A stretch of DNA of 64,000 bases from Verrucomicrobiaceae bacterium (GCA_051252135.1 JBPOGH010000016.1:41282-105281); one strand, 5' to 3'; positions 1 through 11,818 are shown, counted from the stretch's first letter. A program made the numbers and translations. Notes: generated from the sequence alone by a model not told the origin.

Positions 1-152
1 CCATTCCGGTCCTGGAACCATCCTCTCTCTCATCAGGAGCGATCTTGTCGGGCAGCAACCCACCATCAACCACTTGCGGGAAGCCTACCTTACGTTGGTA
101 GCTTTCGCATCATGAACGCATTGGCTCAGACAATCTAAGTTGTCCACTCGCC

Positions 153-980
153 CTATCGTTTGCGACGCAGAACACCTGCTGCCAGACAAAGAGCCAACAA
201 ACTGAAGGAGGAAGGCTCCGGAACCACCTGCGATGCCGCAACTGCAAGATTCGAATTTAAACTTGGAGTGTTCTCAAAGGTAATAAGTTCCACGGGGCTA
301 TCGACACCGTAAGCGGCGGCGTAGACCCATTCGTCACCACCGTTGTCCCCATCAGAGAGCGTGGCTTGGAGAAAAATGAAATCTTCCGAAGTAGCTCCGC
401 TGGGAAAGGCCGAGAATGGAATCGAAAGGGCCGCGTCAGCACCATTGCCAAGGGGCTTGGAGGTGGAAGTATACCCGGCGGGGTTGGTGGAATCGTTGAT
501 ATGGACCTGATCGCTCGCATCGAGAGTCCAGATCCCGAGTCTCTGGGTGACGTCATCGATGGCATCGTCGTGTTGAGCCTTGGTTAGATAGAAAAGTGTA
601 ATCTCAGTGATGATGTTTCTCTCACGGTTGGGACTACCTCCATTATTACTTACTTCTTGCGCATCAAAGAAGAACTGAAACCCGGCAGTCCCTCCAACGG
701 TTGAAATCGGGATGGAAGCCAAAGCCTGGGCGTCACTAATAGCTTGCTCGTTTCCTTGATTCAAAAAGTTCGAACTGAAGGAACTGGGAAGACTCGGATC
801 TGTTGCCGTAAATCCCTTAATAAAAGCCCCGTCGTTCAAATTGACCACAGGGGTCCCTCCATCAACGAAAAGGATAGCGCCATGACCTTGCTGACCGGCC
901 ATGAGAAATAGCAAGCAACTGGGGAGAACGGAGAATTGCTTGAGTGGGATTGAGGGGAATTGGCGCATAACTTCGAACAA
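153..980 (-). CDS. PEP-CTERM sorting domain protein (start may be ATG at 968)
   Basis: C-terminal VPEPSSFSLLALCLAAGVLRRKR motif; signal-like N-terminus. Confidence 0.85.
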   Translation of the reverse strand: MFEVMRQFPSIPLKQFSVLPSCLLFLMAGQQGHGAILFVDGGTPVVNLNDGAFIKGFTATDPSLPSSFSSNFLNQGNEQAISDAQALASIPISTVGGTAGFQFFFDAQEVSNNGGSPNRERNIITEITLFYLTKAQHDDAIDDVTQRLGIWTLDASDQVHINDSTNPAGYTSTSKPLGNGADAALSIPFSAFPSGATSEDFIFLQATLSDGDNGGDEWVYAAAYGVDSPVELITFENTPSLNSNLAVAASQVVPEPSSFSLLALCLAAGVLRRKR

Positions 981-1385
981 AATTTTACGTTATTGTTAAG
1001 ATGTGTCAATAATGAAGATTTGATGATTGTATATTTTTGATCAGTTTACTGACATTTCGTCAAATTGCCGAAGATTGCTTTTTGAAAAAACGCTGATTAT
1101 CAACAACCTGAGACTCACCGGCCAATTGCTCCGTCTCATGAAAACTCCCCGAAGAAACCACCGGAACGCAACCGTCTCGAAGATCGCGCTCACTTACTGA
1201 GTCGATTCTCCGCTGCAAGATATCCCCCCACCCCCGGCCTTTTTCACCTCCCTCCGACTCGCCTTCGTGTCCGCCGGATGGCGGTCTCCTGCTCATTAGG
1301 AGACATCATCATTTTCATTATGATCCTCGCTAAACAGCGATCATGAATTTGATTCATTCCTTGCTTCAGTTGCCTGACGAATGAG

Positions 1386-1401
1386 TGGCATGAATCCGGC
1401 T
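1386..1401 (+). promoter_or_regulatory. Possible sigma-54 (-24/-12) promoter for nirA
   Basis: TGGCATGAATCCGGCT has GG-N10-GC spacing upstream of a nitrogen assimilation gene; the -12 box is imperfect and the predicted start is very close to the ATG. Confidence 0.35.
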
Positions 1402-1414
1402 AGATCAAGGAGTC

Positions 1415-3148
1415 ATGATTTCTCCTGCCTCTCCCTTCACTGAAGAACAAACCGGCTACCTCAACGGCTTCATGGCCGGCATCCGCCAATCTCTCCCCTT
1501 CATGGGACAAAATGCCAGCGGACAATTCACCAATAATCCTGAAGAAGCCGTCGAGGAAAACGTCTGGGGCACCCCCGTCGAGGACCTCTGCCGTGAGGAA
1601 CTCGTCAAGCACGAGCAAAACGGACTCGATTGCTACGACACCATTCTCGACAAGGCCGCCAAAGGCGAATTCGCATCCGATGGCGATATCTTCCGCTTCA
1701 AGTTCCACGGCCTCTTCTACGTCACCCCCGCCCAGGAAGCCTACATGCTCCGCGCCCGCATCCCCGGCTGCGCCCTCTCCGCCCGCCAGCTCCACGGCAT
1801 GGCCGAAATCTCGGAAGACTGGGGCGGCGGCTACCTCGATGTCACCACCCGCGGCAATCTCCAGATTCGCGAAATCCTGCCCGCAAATTCCGTCAACGTC
1901 CTCAATAAGATCATCGACATCGGACTCACTTCCAAAGGATCCGGAGCCGATAACGTCCGCAACATCACCGCCACCCCCACCACCGGTTTCGATAAAGACG
2001 AGCTCATCGATGTCATGCCCTACGCCAAGGCCATGCATCACGCCATTCTCAACAACCGCGACCTCTACGGCATGCCGCGGAAATTCAATATCTCCTACGA
2101 CTCAGGTGGCGCCATCTCCGTCTGCGCCGATACCAACGACATCGCCTTCTACGCCGTCACCCTCAAGGAAGACACCCAGGACCTCAAAGCCGGAGTCTAC
2201 TTCCGCGTCCAACTCTGCGGCATCACCGGACACAAGCAGTTCGCCTCCGATTCCGGCCTCCTCGTCACCCCAAGCGAGTCCACCGCCCTCGCCTCCGCTA
2301 TGCTCCGCGTCTTCATCGAAAATGGCGACCGCACCAACCGCAAAAAAGCCCGCCTCAAATATCTCATCGACGACTGGGGCACCCCCAAGTTCCTCGACGA
2401 AGTCCAAAAGAAACTCGCCTTTCCCCTCCGCTTCGTCGCCGCAGACCTCTGCGAAAAACCACGACCCAAGGTCAAGCACGGCCACGTCGGCACCTACAAG
2501 CAAGCCGATGGAAACAACTACCTCGGCATCGTCATCCCCGTCGGTCGCATGACCTGTGACACCGCTCACACCATCGCCGACATCGCCGAAGAATTCGGCA
2601 CCGGAGACATCCGCCTCACCGCCTGGCAAAACCTCCTCATCCCCCACATCCCCGACGAAAAACTCGCCGACGCCCAAGCCGCCATCAAAGCCGCCGGCCT
2701 CGCCTACGCCTCCACCACCATCTCCGGAGGACTCGTCGCCTGCACCGGAAACACCGGCTGCAAGTTCGCCGCCGCCAACACCAAGGGACAAGCCGTCATC
2801 CTCGGCAACTACCTCGAAACCCGCGTCGAACTCGACCAACCCATCAACATCCACCTCACCGGCTGCCACCACTCCTGCGCCCAACACTACATCGGCGATA
2901 TCGGCCTCATGGGCACCCCCGTCAAACTCCCCTCCGGCGAAAAAGTCGAAGGCTACAACATCGTCCTCGGCGGCGGAGTCGATGACACCCAGGCCATCGC
3001 CCGCGAGGTCTATAAAAGCATCCCCTTCACCGACATCCCCCCCCTCATCGAATCCCTCCTCCAAACCTACCTCGCCAACCGCACCCCCGGCGAAACCTTC
3101 GCAAACTACACCCAACGCGAACGCATCGAGGACCTCGTCCCCGCCTAA
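1415..3148 (+). CDS. nirA: NirA-family ferredoxin-nitrite reductase (siroheme/4Fe-4S)
   Basis: [26 protein letters not shown] and [10 protein letters not shown] motifs; AAGGAG RBS; next to nitrate reductase. Confidence 0.9.
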   Translation: MISPASPFTEEQTGYLNGFMAGIRQSLPFMGQNASGQFTNNPEEAVEENVWGTPVEDLCREELVKHEQNGLDCYDTILDKAAKGEFASDGDIFRFKFHGLFYVTPAQEAYMLRARIPGCALSARQLHGMAEISEDWGGGYLDVTTRGNLQIREILPANSVNVLNKIIDIGLTSKGSGADNVRNITATPTTGFDKDELIDVMPYAKAMHHAILNNRDLYGMPRKFNISYDSGGAISVCADTNDIAFYAVTLKEDTQDLKAGVYFRVQLCGITGHKQFASDSGLLVTPSESTALASAMLRVFIENGDRTNRKKARLKYLIDDWGTPKFLDEVQKKLAFPLRFVAADLCEKPRPKVKHGHVGTYKQADGNNYLGIVIPVGRMTCDTAHTIADIAEEFGTGDIRLTAWQNLLIPHIPDEKLADAQAAIKAAGLAYASTTISGGLVACTGNTGCKFAAANTKGQAVILGNYLETRVELDQPINIHLTGCHHSCAQHYIGDIGLMGTPVKLPSGEKVEGYNIVLGGGVDDTQAIAREVYKSIPFTDIPPLIESLLQTYLANRTPGETFANYTQRERIEDLVPA

Positions 3149-3199
3149 AGGAGTCGCGGCGCCCCCGCCGCTTATCAACCAAGCCCTCAATCTCCCCCC

Positions 3200-3244
3200 T
3201 GGGCCAAAGGCCCATCTCATACCAGCCTAGGGCAACGCCCTAGG
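3200..3244. repeat. REP-like paired palindromes
   Basis: TGGGCC-AAA-GGCCCA followed by CCTAGGGC-AAC-GCCCTAGG; same short-then-long hairpin layout as 38694-38835. Confidence 0.55.
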
Positions 3245-3359
3245 TTCTCCACCGCCCAAGAAAATAGGCCAAGCCCGGCACCCCGTCACCCCCTTCCACC
3301 TACCCGCAGGCCTCCCCAACAACCCCGCCTCCCCATCCAGGATTTCGAATTTCCCACCC

Positions 3360-4874
3360 ATGGTCTCACCCTCACCAGATCCCTTTCCCGACACCAACCT
3401 CGTCGACAAACTCCTGAGGGAACAATCCACCCTCCAAACCCCCGTCGCCAAATTCTCCCAAGAATTCGACTCCCCCGCCCCCCGCACCGACCTCTTCAAA
3501 CACCTCATCCCCCTCGAAAAACCCCGCGAGGGCGAACAATACGCCTTCCAGGTCGAACTCGATAAATGCACCGGCTGCAAAGCCTGCGTCGTCGCCTGCC
3601 ACACCCTCAATGGACTCGACGAAGACGAAGCCTGGCGCGACGTCGGCCTCCTCGAATCCGGAAACGGCTTCCAACAAACCGTCACCACCGCCTGCCACCA
3701 CTGCCTCGACCCCGAATGCCTCAACGGCTGCCCCGTCGGCGCTTACGAAAAAGAAAAGGACACCGGCATCGTCCGCCACCTCGATGACCAATGCATCGGC
3801 TGCGAATACTGCGTCCTCAAATGCCCCTACGACGTCCCCAAGTATTCTGAAAAACGCGGCATCGTCCGCAAGTGCGACATGTGCCACCAACGCCTCGCCG
3901 ATGGTGAAGCCCCCGCCTGCGTCCAGGCCTGCCCCACCGAAGCCATCTCCATCATCAAGATCGACACCGCCGCGCTGCGCCTCGAAAACAACTTCCTCCC
4001 CGGCGCACCCACCCCCGCCATCACCTCTCCCACCACCCGCTACATCGGCCGCGACGTCCCCCTCAACGCCACCCCCGCCGACCAATCCCAACTCAACCCC
4101 CAACCCGCCCACTGGCCCCTCGCCCTCATGCTCGTCCTCACCCAGATCGGCTTGGGCATTTCGGCATCTTCACTCTTTAACAGCACAGACGCAGTCGAAT
4201 CTCTCAGTATTGCAGGCTTCATCATCTTCAACGCCGGCATGATCGCCGCCACCCTCCACCTCGGAAAACCCCTCAAAGCCTGGCGCTTCTTCCTCGGCCT
4301 CAAAACCTCCTGGCTCTCCCGCGAAATCCTCGCCTTCTCCCTCCTCGCCCCCATCCCCGCCCTCCTCGCCGCCGCCCCCTTCCTCCCCGATCTCCCCTTC
4401 AAAGACCTCGCCCTCACCGCCGCCCGCTGGTCCCTCATCCCCGCCTCCCTCGGCGCCATCTTCACCAGCGTCATGATCTACCACGATACCAAACGCACCT
4501 CCTGGCACCTCGCCAAATCCCTCCCCGCCTTCTTCCTCACCTTCACCGCCACCGCCACCCTCTTCCTCAACCCCCTCCTCTTCACCCTCTCGGTAATTCT
4601 TCTCCTCGCCCTCGATCTCAAACTCCTCCTCCCCGCCCGGAGCGCCGACTGGTCCCCCGCCCAACACTCCGCAAAAATCCGCCTCGCCCCCCTCCAACGA
4701 GTCACCCGCTCCCGCCTCCTCACCCTCGCCCTCACCATCCCCCTCGCCTTCATCAACCCCTGGCTCACCCTCCCCGTCCTCCTCGCCTCCGAACTCTGCA
4801 GTCGCCACCTCTTCTTCCGCACCGTCCACGCCCCCAAAATGCCCGGCGGCCTGAATGCCTCCGCCTCTCATTAG
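3360..4874 (+). CDS. 4Fe-4S dicluster (DmsB-like) fused to DmsC/YnfH-type membrane anchor
   Basis: CTGCKACVVAC, CHHCLDPECLNGCP, CIGCEYCVLKCP, KCDMC motifs, then a multi-TM region with HLGKP...SWLSRE. Confidence 0.85.
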   Translation: MVSPSPDPFPDTNLVDKLLREQSTLQTPVAKFSQEFDSPAPRTDLFKHLIPLEKPREGEQYAFQVELDKCTGCKACVVACHTLNGLDEDEAWRDVGLLESGNGFQQTVTTACHHCLDPECLNGCPVGAYEKEKDTGIVRHLDDQCIGCEYCVLKCPYDVPKYSEKRGIVRKCDMCHQRLADGEAPACVQACPTEAISIIKIDTAALRLENNFLPGAPTPAITSPTTRYIGRDVPLNATPADQSQLNPQPAHWPLALMLVLTQIGLGISASSLFNSTDAVESLSIAGFIIFNAGMIAATLHLGKPLKAWRFFLGLKTSWLSREILAFSLLAPIPALLAAAPFLPDLPFKDLALTAARWSLIPASLGAIFTSVMIYHDTKRTSWHLAKSLPAFFLTFTATATLFLNPLLFTLSVILLLALDLKLLLPARSADWSPAQHSAKIRLAPLQRVTRSRLLTLALTIPLAFINPWLTLPVLLASELCSRHLFFRTVHAPKMPGGLNASASH

Positions 4875-5006
4875 GATCGTCAAAAAATTGACCCCATCCC
4901 CCGGAGCCCGGACACCCTTCCGACGGCGAAGCCCTCCCGAAATCACACCATCCCGATTTTTACTTGCAGAATACAAATATCGGAATATAGTTGCAGAATA
5001 CAACTA

Positions 5007-5495
5007 ATGATCATCGACCAACAAAGCCACCCCGGATTCGCCATTGGCCGCACCAACTACCTCTTTCGCCTGCGGATCATCGAAGCAATCCGGCGATCCA
5101 AATCTCTTCTCAACCCCGAGGAGGCATGGATTCTCATGGTGCTAAAAGAGGCCGACAGACCACTCCCCGGCGCGGAGTTCAACAAGTTCATGATGCGTGA
5201 TGCCTCAACCCTGACCCGACAATTAAATGGCCTCGCTGACAAAGGCATGATCGAACGCCACCGCGACCCAAATGATGGACGCGCCGTCAACATCCACCTC
5301 ACTCCGCTCGGAAAATCCGAGCTCAAGAAGCTTCATCCACAGGCCTCCGCTCTTCGGGCCCAGTCCATCGACGGCATCGATCCCGATGATTACGCCATCA
5401 TGATCGACTGCCTCATCAAAATTCAAAACAACCTCGCCTCACCGATCAACCTCGAAGGCCGATCAAACACCACTTCAAACAAAAAACGGGCTTAA
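5007..5495 (+). CDS. MarR-family transcriptional regulator
   Basis: DASTLTRQLNGLADKGMIERHRDPNDGRAVNIHLT winged-helix signature. Confidence 0.9.
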   Translation: MIIDQQSHPGFAIGRTNYLFRLRIIEAIRRSKSLLNPEEAWILMVLKEADRPLPGAEFNKFMMRDASTLTRQLNGLADKGMIERHRDPNDGRAVNIHLTPLGKSELKKLHPQASALRAQSIDGIDPDDYAIMIDCLIKIQNNLASPINLEGRSNTTSNKKRA

Positions 5496-5524
5496 CAAAA
5501 GCCCCCTGACCTCTCATTCAAGCC

Positions 5525-7279
5525 ATGAAAAATAACACGACCGCACTCCGACTTGTGGGCTTCACCCTGCTCGCGCTCACGTTCACTCCCCTCCTCAATG
5601 CCAAGGATTTCCCCTACGGAAAAAGCCATGACTATCCGGCATTCCAGGCTCTCGATCTCAATAAAGACGCTCAACTGACCCCTGAGGAGATGGATAAGGC
5701 CGCCACCTCCTTGCTGGTCCTCGACCACGACAAAGACGAAATTCTCAGCCCCGTTGAACTAGGGGGTCCGGGCCACTTCTTCGGGTGGCTGCGCCTGCAA
5801 CACACCATCCGCGTCATGGATCGCGATGGCGACACCGCCTTGTCGAAATCCGAATTGGCCAACGCTCCCGCACAACTCAAACGCCTCGCCGCCAAAGGCG
5901 ACGGAGACGGCATTCTGAGCAAACACGAAGCTTACGACCCTCGTGAAACCCTCGGAGGCGGCCAAACCAAAGCCGATCCGGAAAAGGGCGTGGGGCCCAT
6001 GCTCGAATACATCGTCAACTACCCGCGCAATTCCAAAGTCATCGCTCCCGGCAGCGATCCACGCGCCTACGAAGGCTACTTCCTCTACACCGAATCCGGC
6101 GTCTCGTCCGATGTCCAGGTCAACACCGGCACCTTCCTCCTCGATCCCAACGGCAAAAAAGTTCACGAGTGGAAAACCAAACGCTACTCCCCCGAAGGCA
6201 GCGCCGCCTACCTCCTCGACAACGGCAATCTCCTGCGCAACGTCGCCCCCTCCGACTGGCTCGCCATCGAGGACTTCAGCGTCGGCGCTCATGGCATGGT
6301 CGAAATCCTCGATTGGGACGGCAATGTTCTTTGGGATTACCAGCGTCACAAAAAAGGCCACCACGTTCTCCATCACGACATCGAACCGCTCGCCAACGGC
6401 AATATCCTGCTGCTCTCCTACGAAGCAAAAACCCCCGAACAGGTCGCCGCATTGGGAGGCAAAAAAGCCACCGGCATCCGCTGGTTCGAAAAGATTCTCG
6501 AGATCAAACCCAACCTCGAAGATGGCAGCACCGAAGTCGTGTGGGAGTGGGACGTGACCGATCACCTCATCCAAAACGATCACCCCGATCTGCCAAACTA
6601 CGGCGACCCCGCCGCCCACCCGGATCGCCTCGATCTCAACTTCATCCGTCCCGGCGAACGGCAATTTCACTTCAACTCGGTCGACTACCATGCCGGTCGC
6701 GACCAACTTCTGGTGAGTTCCATGAACTACAATGAAGTCTACGTCATCGATCGCCAGAGTGGAAAAATCATCTATCGCTGGGGAAATCCGGCAGCCTACG
6801 GCATGGGCACCGCCGCCGACCGGATCCTCGCCGGACAACACGACGCCCGCTGGATGGACGACGACACCCTGCCGCATACCGGCGACTTCACCGTGCACAA
6901 CAACCGCGCCGGAAAACTCCCCGGTGCAACCAAGCCCGGACCCTTCGCCATGGGAGTCACCCATTCAACGATCCTTGAGGTCAAGCTACCGTCCAGCGAC
7001 GGAGCCACCTATCCACGTGAAGACGGCAAACCTTTCGTCGGCGAGATCACCTGGCAGTATCAGCCCAACCCCCTCGACTCCTGGTATTGCCCCTTCATGG
7101 GCGGCGCCTCGCGTCTCCCCAATGGCAACACTCTGGTCGTCAACTCGCACAACAAGCGCGTCTTCGAGGTAACCCCCAAAGGGGAAATCGTCGTCAACTT
7201 CCACATCCCCGGACCCGGCCGCATCTTCCGCGTCTACAAAATCCCGCCCACCCATCCGGCCCTGAAACGGAACCTGTAG
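5525..7279 (+). CDS. Secreted EF-hand + arylsulfotransferase (ASST)-like beta-propeller protein
   Basis: Signal peptide; EF-hand-like DLNKDAQLT and DRDGDTALS; HHDIEPLANGN, HFNSVDY, GQHDARW and RLPNGNTL motifs. Confidence 0.8.
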   Translation: MKNNTTALRLVGFTLLALTFTPLLNAKDFPYGKSHDYPAFQALDLNKDAQLTPEEMDKAATSLLVLDHDKDEILSPVELGGPGHFFGWLRLQHTIRVMDRDGDTALSKSELANAPAQLKRLAAKGDGDGILSKHEAYDPRETLGGGQTKADPEKGVGPMLEYIVNYPRNSKVIAPGSDPRAYEGYFLYTESGVSSDVQVNTGTFLLDPNGKKVHEWKTKRYSPEGSAAYLLDNGNLLRNVAPSDWLAIEDFSVGAHGMVEILDWDGNVLWDYQRHKKGHHVLHHDIEPLANGNILLLSYEAKTPEQVAALGGKKATGIRWFEKILEIKPNLEDGSTEVVWEWDVTDHLIQNDHPDLPNYGDPAAHPDRLDLNFIRPGERQFHFNSVDYHAGRDQLLVSSMNYNEVYVIDRQSGKIIYRWGNPAAYGMGTAADRILAGQHDARWMDDDTLPHTGDFTVHNNRAGKLPGATKPGPFAMGVTHSTILEVKLPSSDGATYPREDGKPFVGEITWQYQPNPLDSWYCPFMGGASRLPNGNTLVVNSHNKRVFEVTPKGEIVVNFHIPGPGRIFRVYKIPPTHPALKRNL

Positions 7280-7441
7280 CCCTCCACCGGTCACGCTCTC
7301 ACCTGATATCCCCTCTCCAGCTGCCTCTGACTTCCAAAAGCCGCTGGAGAGAGATGGAATTTCGCCCGACCCAAGGTCCGCAACCGCTTGGCATCCAGCC
7401 ATCGCTTCTTCGTTGTCAGGACTCCGGTCTCCCCAACCATC

Positions 7442-7471
7442 CATCCCCCTCATCCCCCTCATCCCCCTCAT
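7442..7471. repeat. Tandem 9-mer (CATCCCCCT x3)
   Basis: Seen directly in the intergenic region. Confidence 0.8.
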
Positions 7472-7533
7472 GAATCCGGGTCATGCCCACTTGGCTCAAG
7501 GACCGCTGAACAGAACATGCCGTCCCACTCCGC

Positions 7534-9738
7534 ATGCCTGCCGTCCTCGACAAACTCCTCCATCAACGCAGCGGACCACTCACCTCCGAGCTCCTCCTGC
7601 GTCCTGCCGACTTCGGCCTCGGCAAACTCCCGCGCAATCTCGAGACCGATGACGTCACCACTTCCGTCTGCGGTTTCTGCTCCACCGGCTGCCAGTTAAA
7701 ACTCCACCTCCACGAGGGCCAGGCCGTCGGCGTCACCCCCTCACCCAACTACCCCGTCAACCTCGGCATGGCCTGCCCCAAAGGCTGGGAAGCACTCTCC
7801 GTCCTCAACTCTTCCGAACGCGCCACCACCCCGCTTCTCGAAGGAAACGAAATCTCCTGGGACCTCGCCGCCCGCATCTTCACCGACCGCTTCAAGGAAG
7901 TCCAAAATAAGCACGGCAAGGACTCCGTCGCCTTCATCTCCACCGGACAAATCGCCACCGAAGAAATGGCCTTCCTCGGTGCCTTCGCCAAGTTCGGCAT
8001 GGGCATCAAGCATGGCGATGGCAACACCCGCCAGTGCATGGCCACCTCCGTCGTCGCCTACAAGCAAGCCTTCGGCTTCGACGCCCCACCCTACACCTAC
8101 GCCGATTTCGAAGAATCCGACGTCGTCGTCCTTCTCGGCTCCAATCTCGCCATCGCCCACCCCATCCTCTACCAGCGCCTCGCGCGCAATAAGCGCAACC
8201 CTGACATCGTCGTCATCGACCCCCGCGCCACCGAGACCGCGCAAATCGCGACCCAACACCTCGCCCTCAAATCAAAAGGCGACCTCCCCCTTCTCTACGC
8301 CCTCGCCCACTGCATCATTCGTGACGACCGCGTCGATCACGACTTCCTCCGCGAGCACACCGACGGCTTCGATGACTTTGCCAATTTCGTCAAAGACTAC
8401 TCCCCCGACGCCACCCGCTCCCAGACCGGCATCGGCCGCCTCCAGGTCGAAGCCCTCGCCAAACTCATCTCCGATCCCTCCAAGCGCGTCTCCATGTGGT
8501 GGACCATGGGCGTCAACCAATCACACGAAGGCGTCCGCACCGCCCAAGCCATCATCAACCTCTGCCTCATGACAGGCAACATCGGCAAGCCCGGCACCGG
8601 CCCCAACTCCATCACCGGCCAGTGCAACGCCATGGGCTCCCGCCTCTTCTCAAACACCACCAGCCTCCTCGGCGGGCACGATTTCGCCAACCCCGCTCAC
8701 CGCGAAAAAGTCTCCCGCATCCTCGAAATCCCCGAGGAAAATATCCCCACCGAACCCAGCTGGGCCTACGACCAAATCATCGACGGCATCGAAGCCGGAA
8801 AAATCAAAGGCCTCTGGGTCATCGCCACCAATCCCGCCCACTCCTGGATCAACCAAAGCAAGTTCCACGAAGTACGAAAGAAACTCGATTTCCTCGTCGT
8901 CCAGGACATGTATCACACCACCGAGACCGCCCAAACCGCCGACCTCCTCCTCCCGGCCGCCGCGTGGGGAGAAAAAAGCGGCACCTTCATCAACTCCGAG
9001 CGCCGCATCGGCACCCTCAAACAAGTCCGCCACGCCCCCGGCCAAGCCCTCTCCGACTTCCGCATCCTCCAACTCCTCGCCAACACCTGGGGCTGTGGCG
9101 AACTCTTCGAAAAATGGTCCTCGCCTCCCGCCGCCTTCGAACTCCTCCAAGAACTCTCCGCCGACCAACCCTGCGACATCACCGGCATCCAGGGCTACCA
9201 ACACCTCGACCAGGCAGGCGGCATCCAATGGCCCCTTCCCTCAACGCTTCAAACTGAACACTTGAAACTTCAAACTCCTCAGGAGCGCCGTCTCTTCGAA
9301 GACAAAAAATTCCACACCCCAAACGGCCGCGCCAAATTCCTCTTCGATCCCCCCGCGCCTCTCCCCGAGCCGACCTGCAGCGCCTACCCCTTCACCCTAC
9401 TCACCGGCCGCGGCACCTCCGCCCAGTGGCACACCCAGTCCCGCACCAACAAAAGCGCCGTCCTCAGAAAACTCTACCCCAAGGAGCTCCTCCTCGACCT
9501 CCACCCCGACGACGCCGCTTCGCTCAACATCGCCGACCGCGACCCCATCTCCATCTCCTCGCGCCGCGGCACCATCACCGCCAAAGCCCACCTCACCACC
9601 AACGTGAACCCCGGCGAAGTCTTCCTCCCCATGCACGAAGGCACCACCAACCTCCTCACCTTCCCCGCCTTCGACCCCCACTCCCGCCAACCCAGCTACA
9701 AAGCCTGCGCCGTTCAAATCACATCCACCCTCTCGTAG
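7534..9738 (+). CDS. Assimilatory nitrate reductase catalytic subunit (NasA/NarB type)
   Basis: CGFCSTGC...CPKG Fe-S motif, [23 protein letters not shown]-terminal [14 protein letters not shown]; no TAT signal. Confidence 0.88.
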   Translation: MPAVLDKLLHQRSGPLTSELLLRPADFGLGKLPRNLETDDVTTSVCGFCSTGCQLKLHLHEGQAVGVTPSPNYPVNLGMACPKGWEALSVLNSSERATTPLLEGNEISWDLAARIFTDRFKEVQNKHGKDSVAFISTGQIATEEMAFLGAFAKFGMGIKHGDGNTRQCMATSVVAYKQAFGFDAPPYTYADFEESDVVVLLGSNLAIAHPILYQRLARNKRNPDIVVIDPRATETAQIATQHLALKSKGDLPLLYALAHCIIRDDRVDHDFLREHTDGFDDFANFVKDYSPDATRSQTGIGRLQVEALAKLISDPSKRVSMWWTMGVNQSHEGVRTAQAIINLCLMTGNIGKPGTGPNSITGQCNAMGSRLFSNTTSLLGGHDFANPAHREKVSRILEIPEENIPTEPSWAYDQIIDGIEAGKIKGLWVIATNPAHSWINQSKFHEVRKKLDFLVVQDMYHTTETAQTADLLLPAAAWGEKSGTFINSERRIGTLKQVRHAPGQALSDFRILQLLANTWGCGELFEKWSSPPAAFELLQELSADQPCDITGIQGYQHLDQAGGIQWPLPSTLQTEHLKLQTPQERRLFEDKKFHTPNGRAKFLFDPPAPLPEPTCSAYPFTLLTGRGTSAQWHTQSRTNKSAVLRKLYPKELLLDLHPDDAASLNIADRDPISISSRRGTITAKAHLTTNVNPGEVFLPMHEGTTNLLTFPAFDPHSRQPSYKACAVQITSTLS

Positions 9739-9798
9739 TCTTCGGCTGCTCGAATTCTCCTTCCTTCACCCGCCCTCGCCACGCTAGCCTAGTTCGAC

Positions 9799-10782
9799 AT
9801 GGCTAGGAAGAAACTCTCTCGCAAAGGCATCTCCATCCTTCTCCTCCTTGCCCTCCTTCTTTGGAGAGCCTGGCCCCTGATCCCGATCATCTTCAGCCTA
9901 AATCTTAGGGTTTCGCACGAGGAGCACCTCATCGAAGAACTCCTCCCCCCATCAGAGGAGCCCACCCAAATCCTCAAGGGACTATCTCACCCTTATTTCA
10001 ATGAGAGGACCCTCATTTCCGAGATTCTCTTCGGTCGGCGAAACATCACCCACGGACACGCCTTCCATCCAAGGGAAGTCGAACCTCTCCCCGAACACTC
10101 TAAACTCGCCAGCCTCCTATCTGATCGATCCTCATACTGGAGATGGAGAGGTCAGAAAGCATGCGGAGGATTCCACGGAGATTATCTCCTCACCTGGGAA
10201 ACCGACACCAATCTTTGGGAAGCCATTCTTTGCAACGGTTGTGGGGAGGTCATTCTCTACCACGGAGACCAAGCGGTTCGATGTGACTTGACCAACTCGG
10301 CGCAAAAAAGGGGCGATTCTCTGCACTACAGAATCAAGGGGCGCTCACCATACAACGCTCAAGAATCCATGACGCGACTTCTCCTCTCGGTCGAACTTCT
10401 CAATGAGCAACACGCGATCAAAGAAGACCCACAGCTTCTCGTTAAAGAACTCGATGTTCAGGATGCCACCGAATTCGCAAAGCTCATCAAATCCCACTCG
10501 CTTGAGACTGTCGACGATACTCCCGCCACAAAAGAACTCTTCAAGAAACATCTGCACGCGACCCTCACACACCTCTCAAATATCGACCGTCGGGCAGTGT
10601 CGCTCATCAACCTCATGATCGATCCCGATATCAACTGGAGTGATTCCGAGTTTCTCCATCTTCAAAACATCATCGTCCGCTACGGCTACCGCGCCATCCG
10701 GACTCTCAAATCCGCACCTGCAGACCACCCCGCTGTCCAACAATGCCTCCTCCGCATCAGGGAACAACAAGCAAGCCAGTAA
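9799..10782 (+). CDS. Hypothetical membrane-anchored protein
   Basis: 327-aa ORF, N-terminal hydrophobic helix, KACGGFHGDY and CNGC motifs; weaker C skew. Confidence 0.6.
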   Translation: MARKKLSRKGISILLLLALLLWRAWPLIPIIFSLNLRVSHEEHLIEELLPPSEEPTQILKGLSHPYFNERTLISEILFGRRNITHGHAFHPREVEPLPEHSKLASLLSDRSSYWRWRGQKACGGFHGDYLLTWETDTNLWEAILCNGCGEVILYHGDQAVRCDLTNSAQKRGDSLHYRIKGRSPYNAQESMTRLLLSVELLNEQHAIKEDPQLLVKELDVQDATEFAKLIKSHSLETVDDTPATKELFKKHLHATLTHLSNIDRRAVSLINLMIDPDINWSDSEFLHLQNIIVRYGYRAIRTLKSAPADHPAVQQCLLRIREQQASQ

Positions 10783-10786
10783 AACC

Positions 10787-11764
10787 TCACCGCCCCATTG
10801 CCCGCAACAACCACGCCGCCGTCTCCGCATAAACCGGCGCCTCCGTAATCAGGACATTGTCATGACCGCCCCCCGGCACACTCATGTACTTCTTCGGGCC
10901 CGCAAACGCCTCAAACAATCGCTTCCCCCGCTCCTCCCCGATCAACTCATCCGCATCTCCATGCACCACCAAAGTCGGCACCGATATCCCACCCGCCAAC
11001 TCCCCCGGCCTCACCTCCGAAAGCCTCGCCCCACCGCGCCTCTCCACCATCCATTCCAGGGGCTCAAATAACACCACCCTCAAAAACCCCAACTCATCCC
11101 GCACCACCCCTTCCAACCGGTCAAACGACGACACCACCACCAACCCCTCCCACCGCTCCGGCTCTTCCGCCACCGCATGAATCGCAAAACTTCCCCCCAT
11201 CGACATCCCCCACAGACACCTCGGAAGCCCCTCCAACCCAAACTCCACCACCACTTCATCCGCCACCTTCCCGGCCAACCCGCGCTCAAACCCCGAACTC
11301 CCAAATCGCACCCTCTCCAAAGGACTCTCCCCATGCGCCGGCAAGTCCGGACACACGCACACAAACCCCGCCGCACAATACCGCTCCGCCACCGACAACA
11401 TATCCTCCTTCCGCCCGTTCCTCCCGTGCAGAATCACCAACACCCCCACCTCTTCCCCAAAATCCCCCAACGCCACTCCCCTCGCCCTCAGCTCCTTCCG
11501 TAAGATCATCCCACGCTGCCCCGGCCCCGATTCCCCACAAGAACGCACCACCAAGGTCGGCACCAACCCGTCAAAATACCACCTCTCCTCTACCCTCACC
11601 CCCCGCACCCCGGGCATCTCCAAAAACTCCACATGATAGTCCTCCAACCCCTTCCTCACCGGACTCACCATCCGCCCCGCAACCACCCAAAGCCCACCCG
11701 CTCCCAGTAAAAAAACCACCCCCACCAACACGCCACCTCTCTTCAGCCATCTCCGGAACTTCAC
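10787..11764 (-). CDS. Alpha/beta hydrolase (probable GTG start at 11764)
   Basis: LHGRNG, GMSMGG nucleophile elbow, VHGDAD, GGGHD. Confidence 0.85.
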   Translation of the reverse strand: MKFRRWLKRGGVLVGVVFLLGAGGLWVVAGRMVSPVRKGLEDYHVEFLEMPGVRGVRVEERWYFDGLVPTLVVRSCGESGPGQRGMILRKELRARGVALGDFGEEVGVLVILHGRNGRKEDMLSVAERYCAAGFVCVCPDLPAHGESPLERVRFGSSGFERGLAGKVADEVVVEFGLEGLPRCLWGMSMGGSFAIHAVAEEPERWEGLVVVSSFDRLEGVVRDELGFLRVVLFEPLEWMVERRGGARLSEVRPGELAGGISVPTLVVHGDADELIGEERGKRLFEAFAGPKKYMSVPGGGHDNVLITEAPVYAETAAWLLRAMGR

Positions 11765-11818
11765 ATCCCAAGAACGCCCCCAACTCTCCTCCTCGTTTAA
11801 AAATCCAACCCCCTCTCT

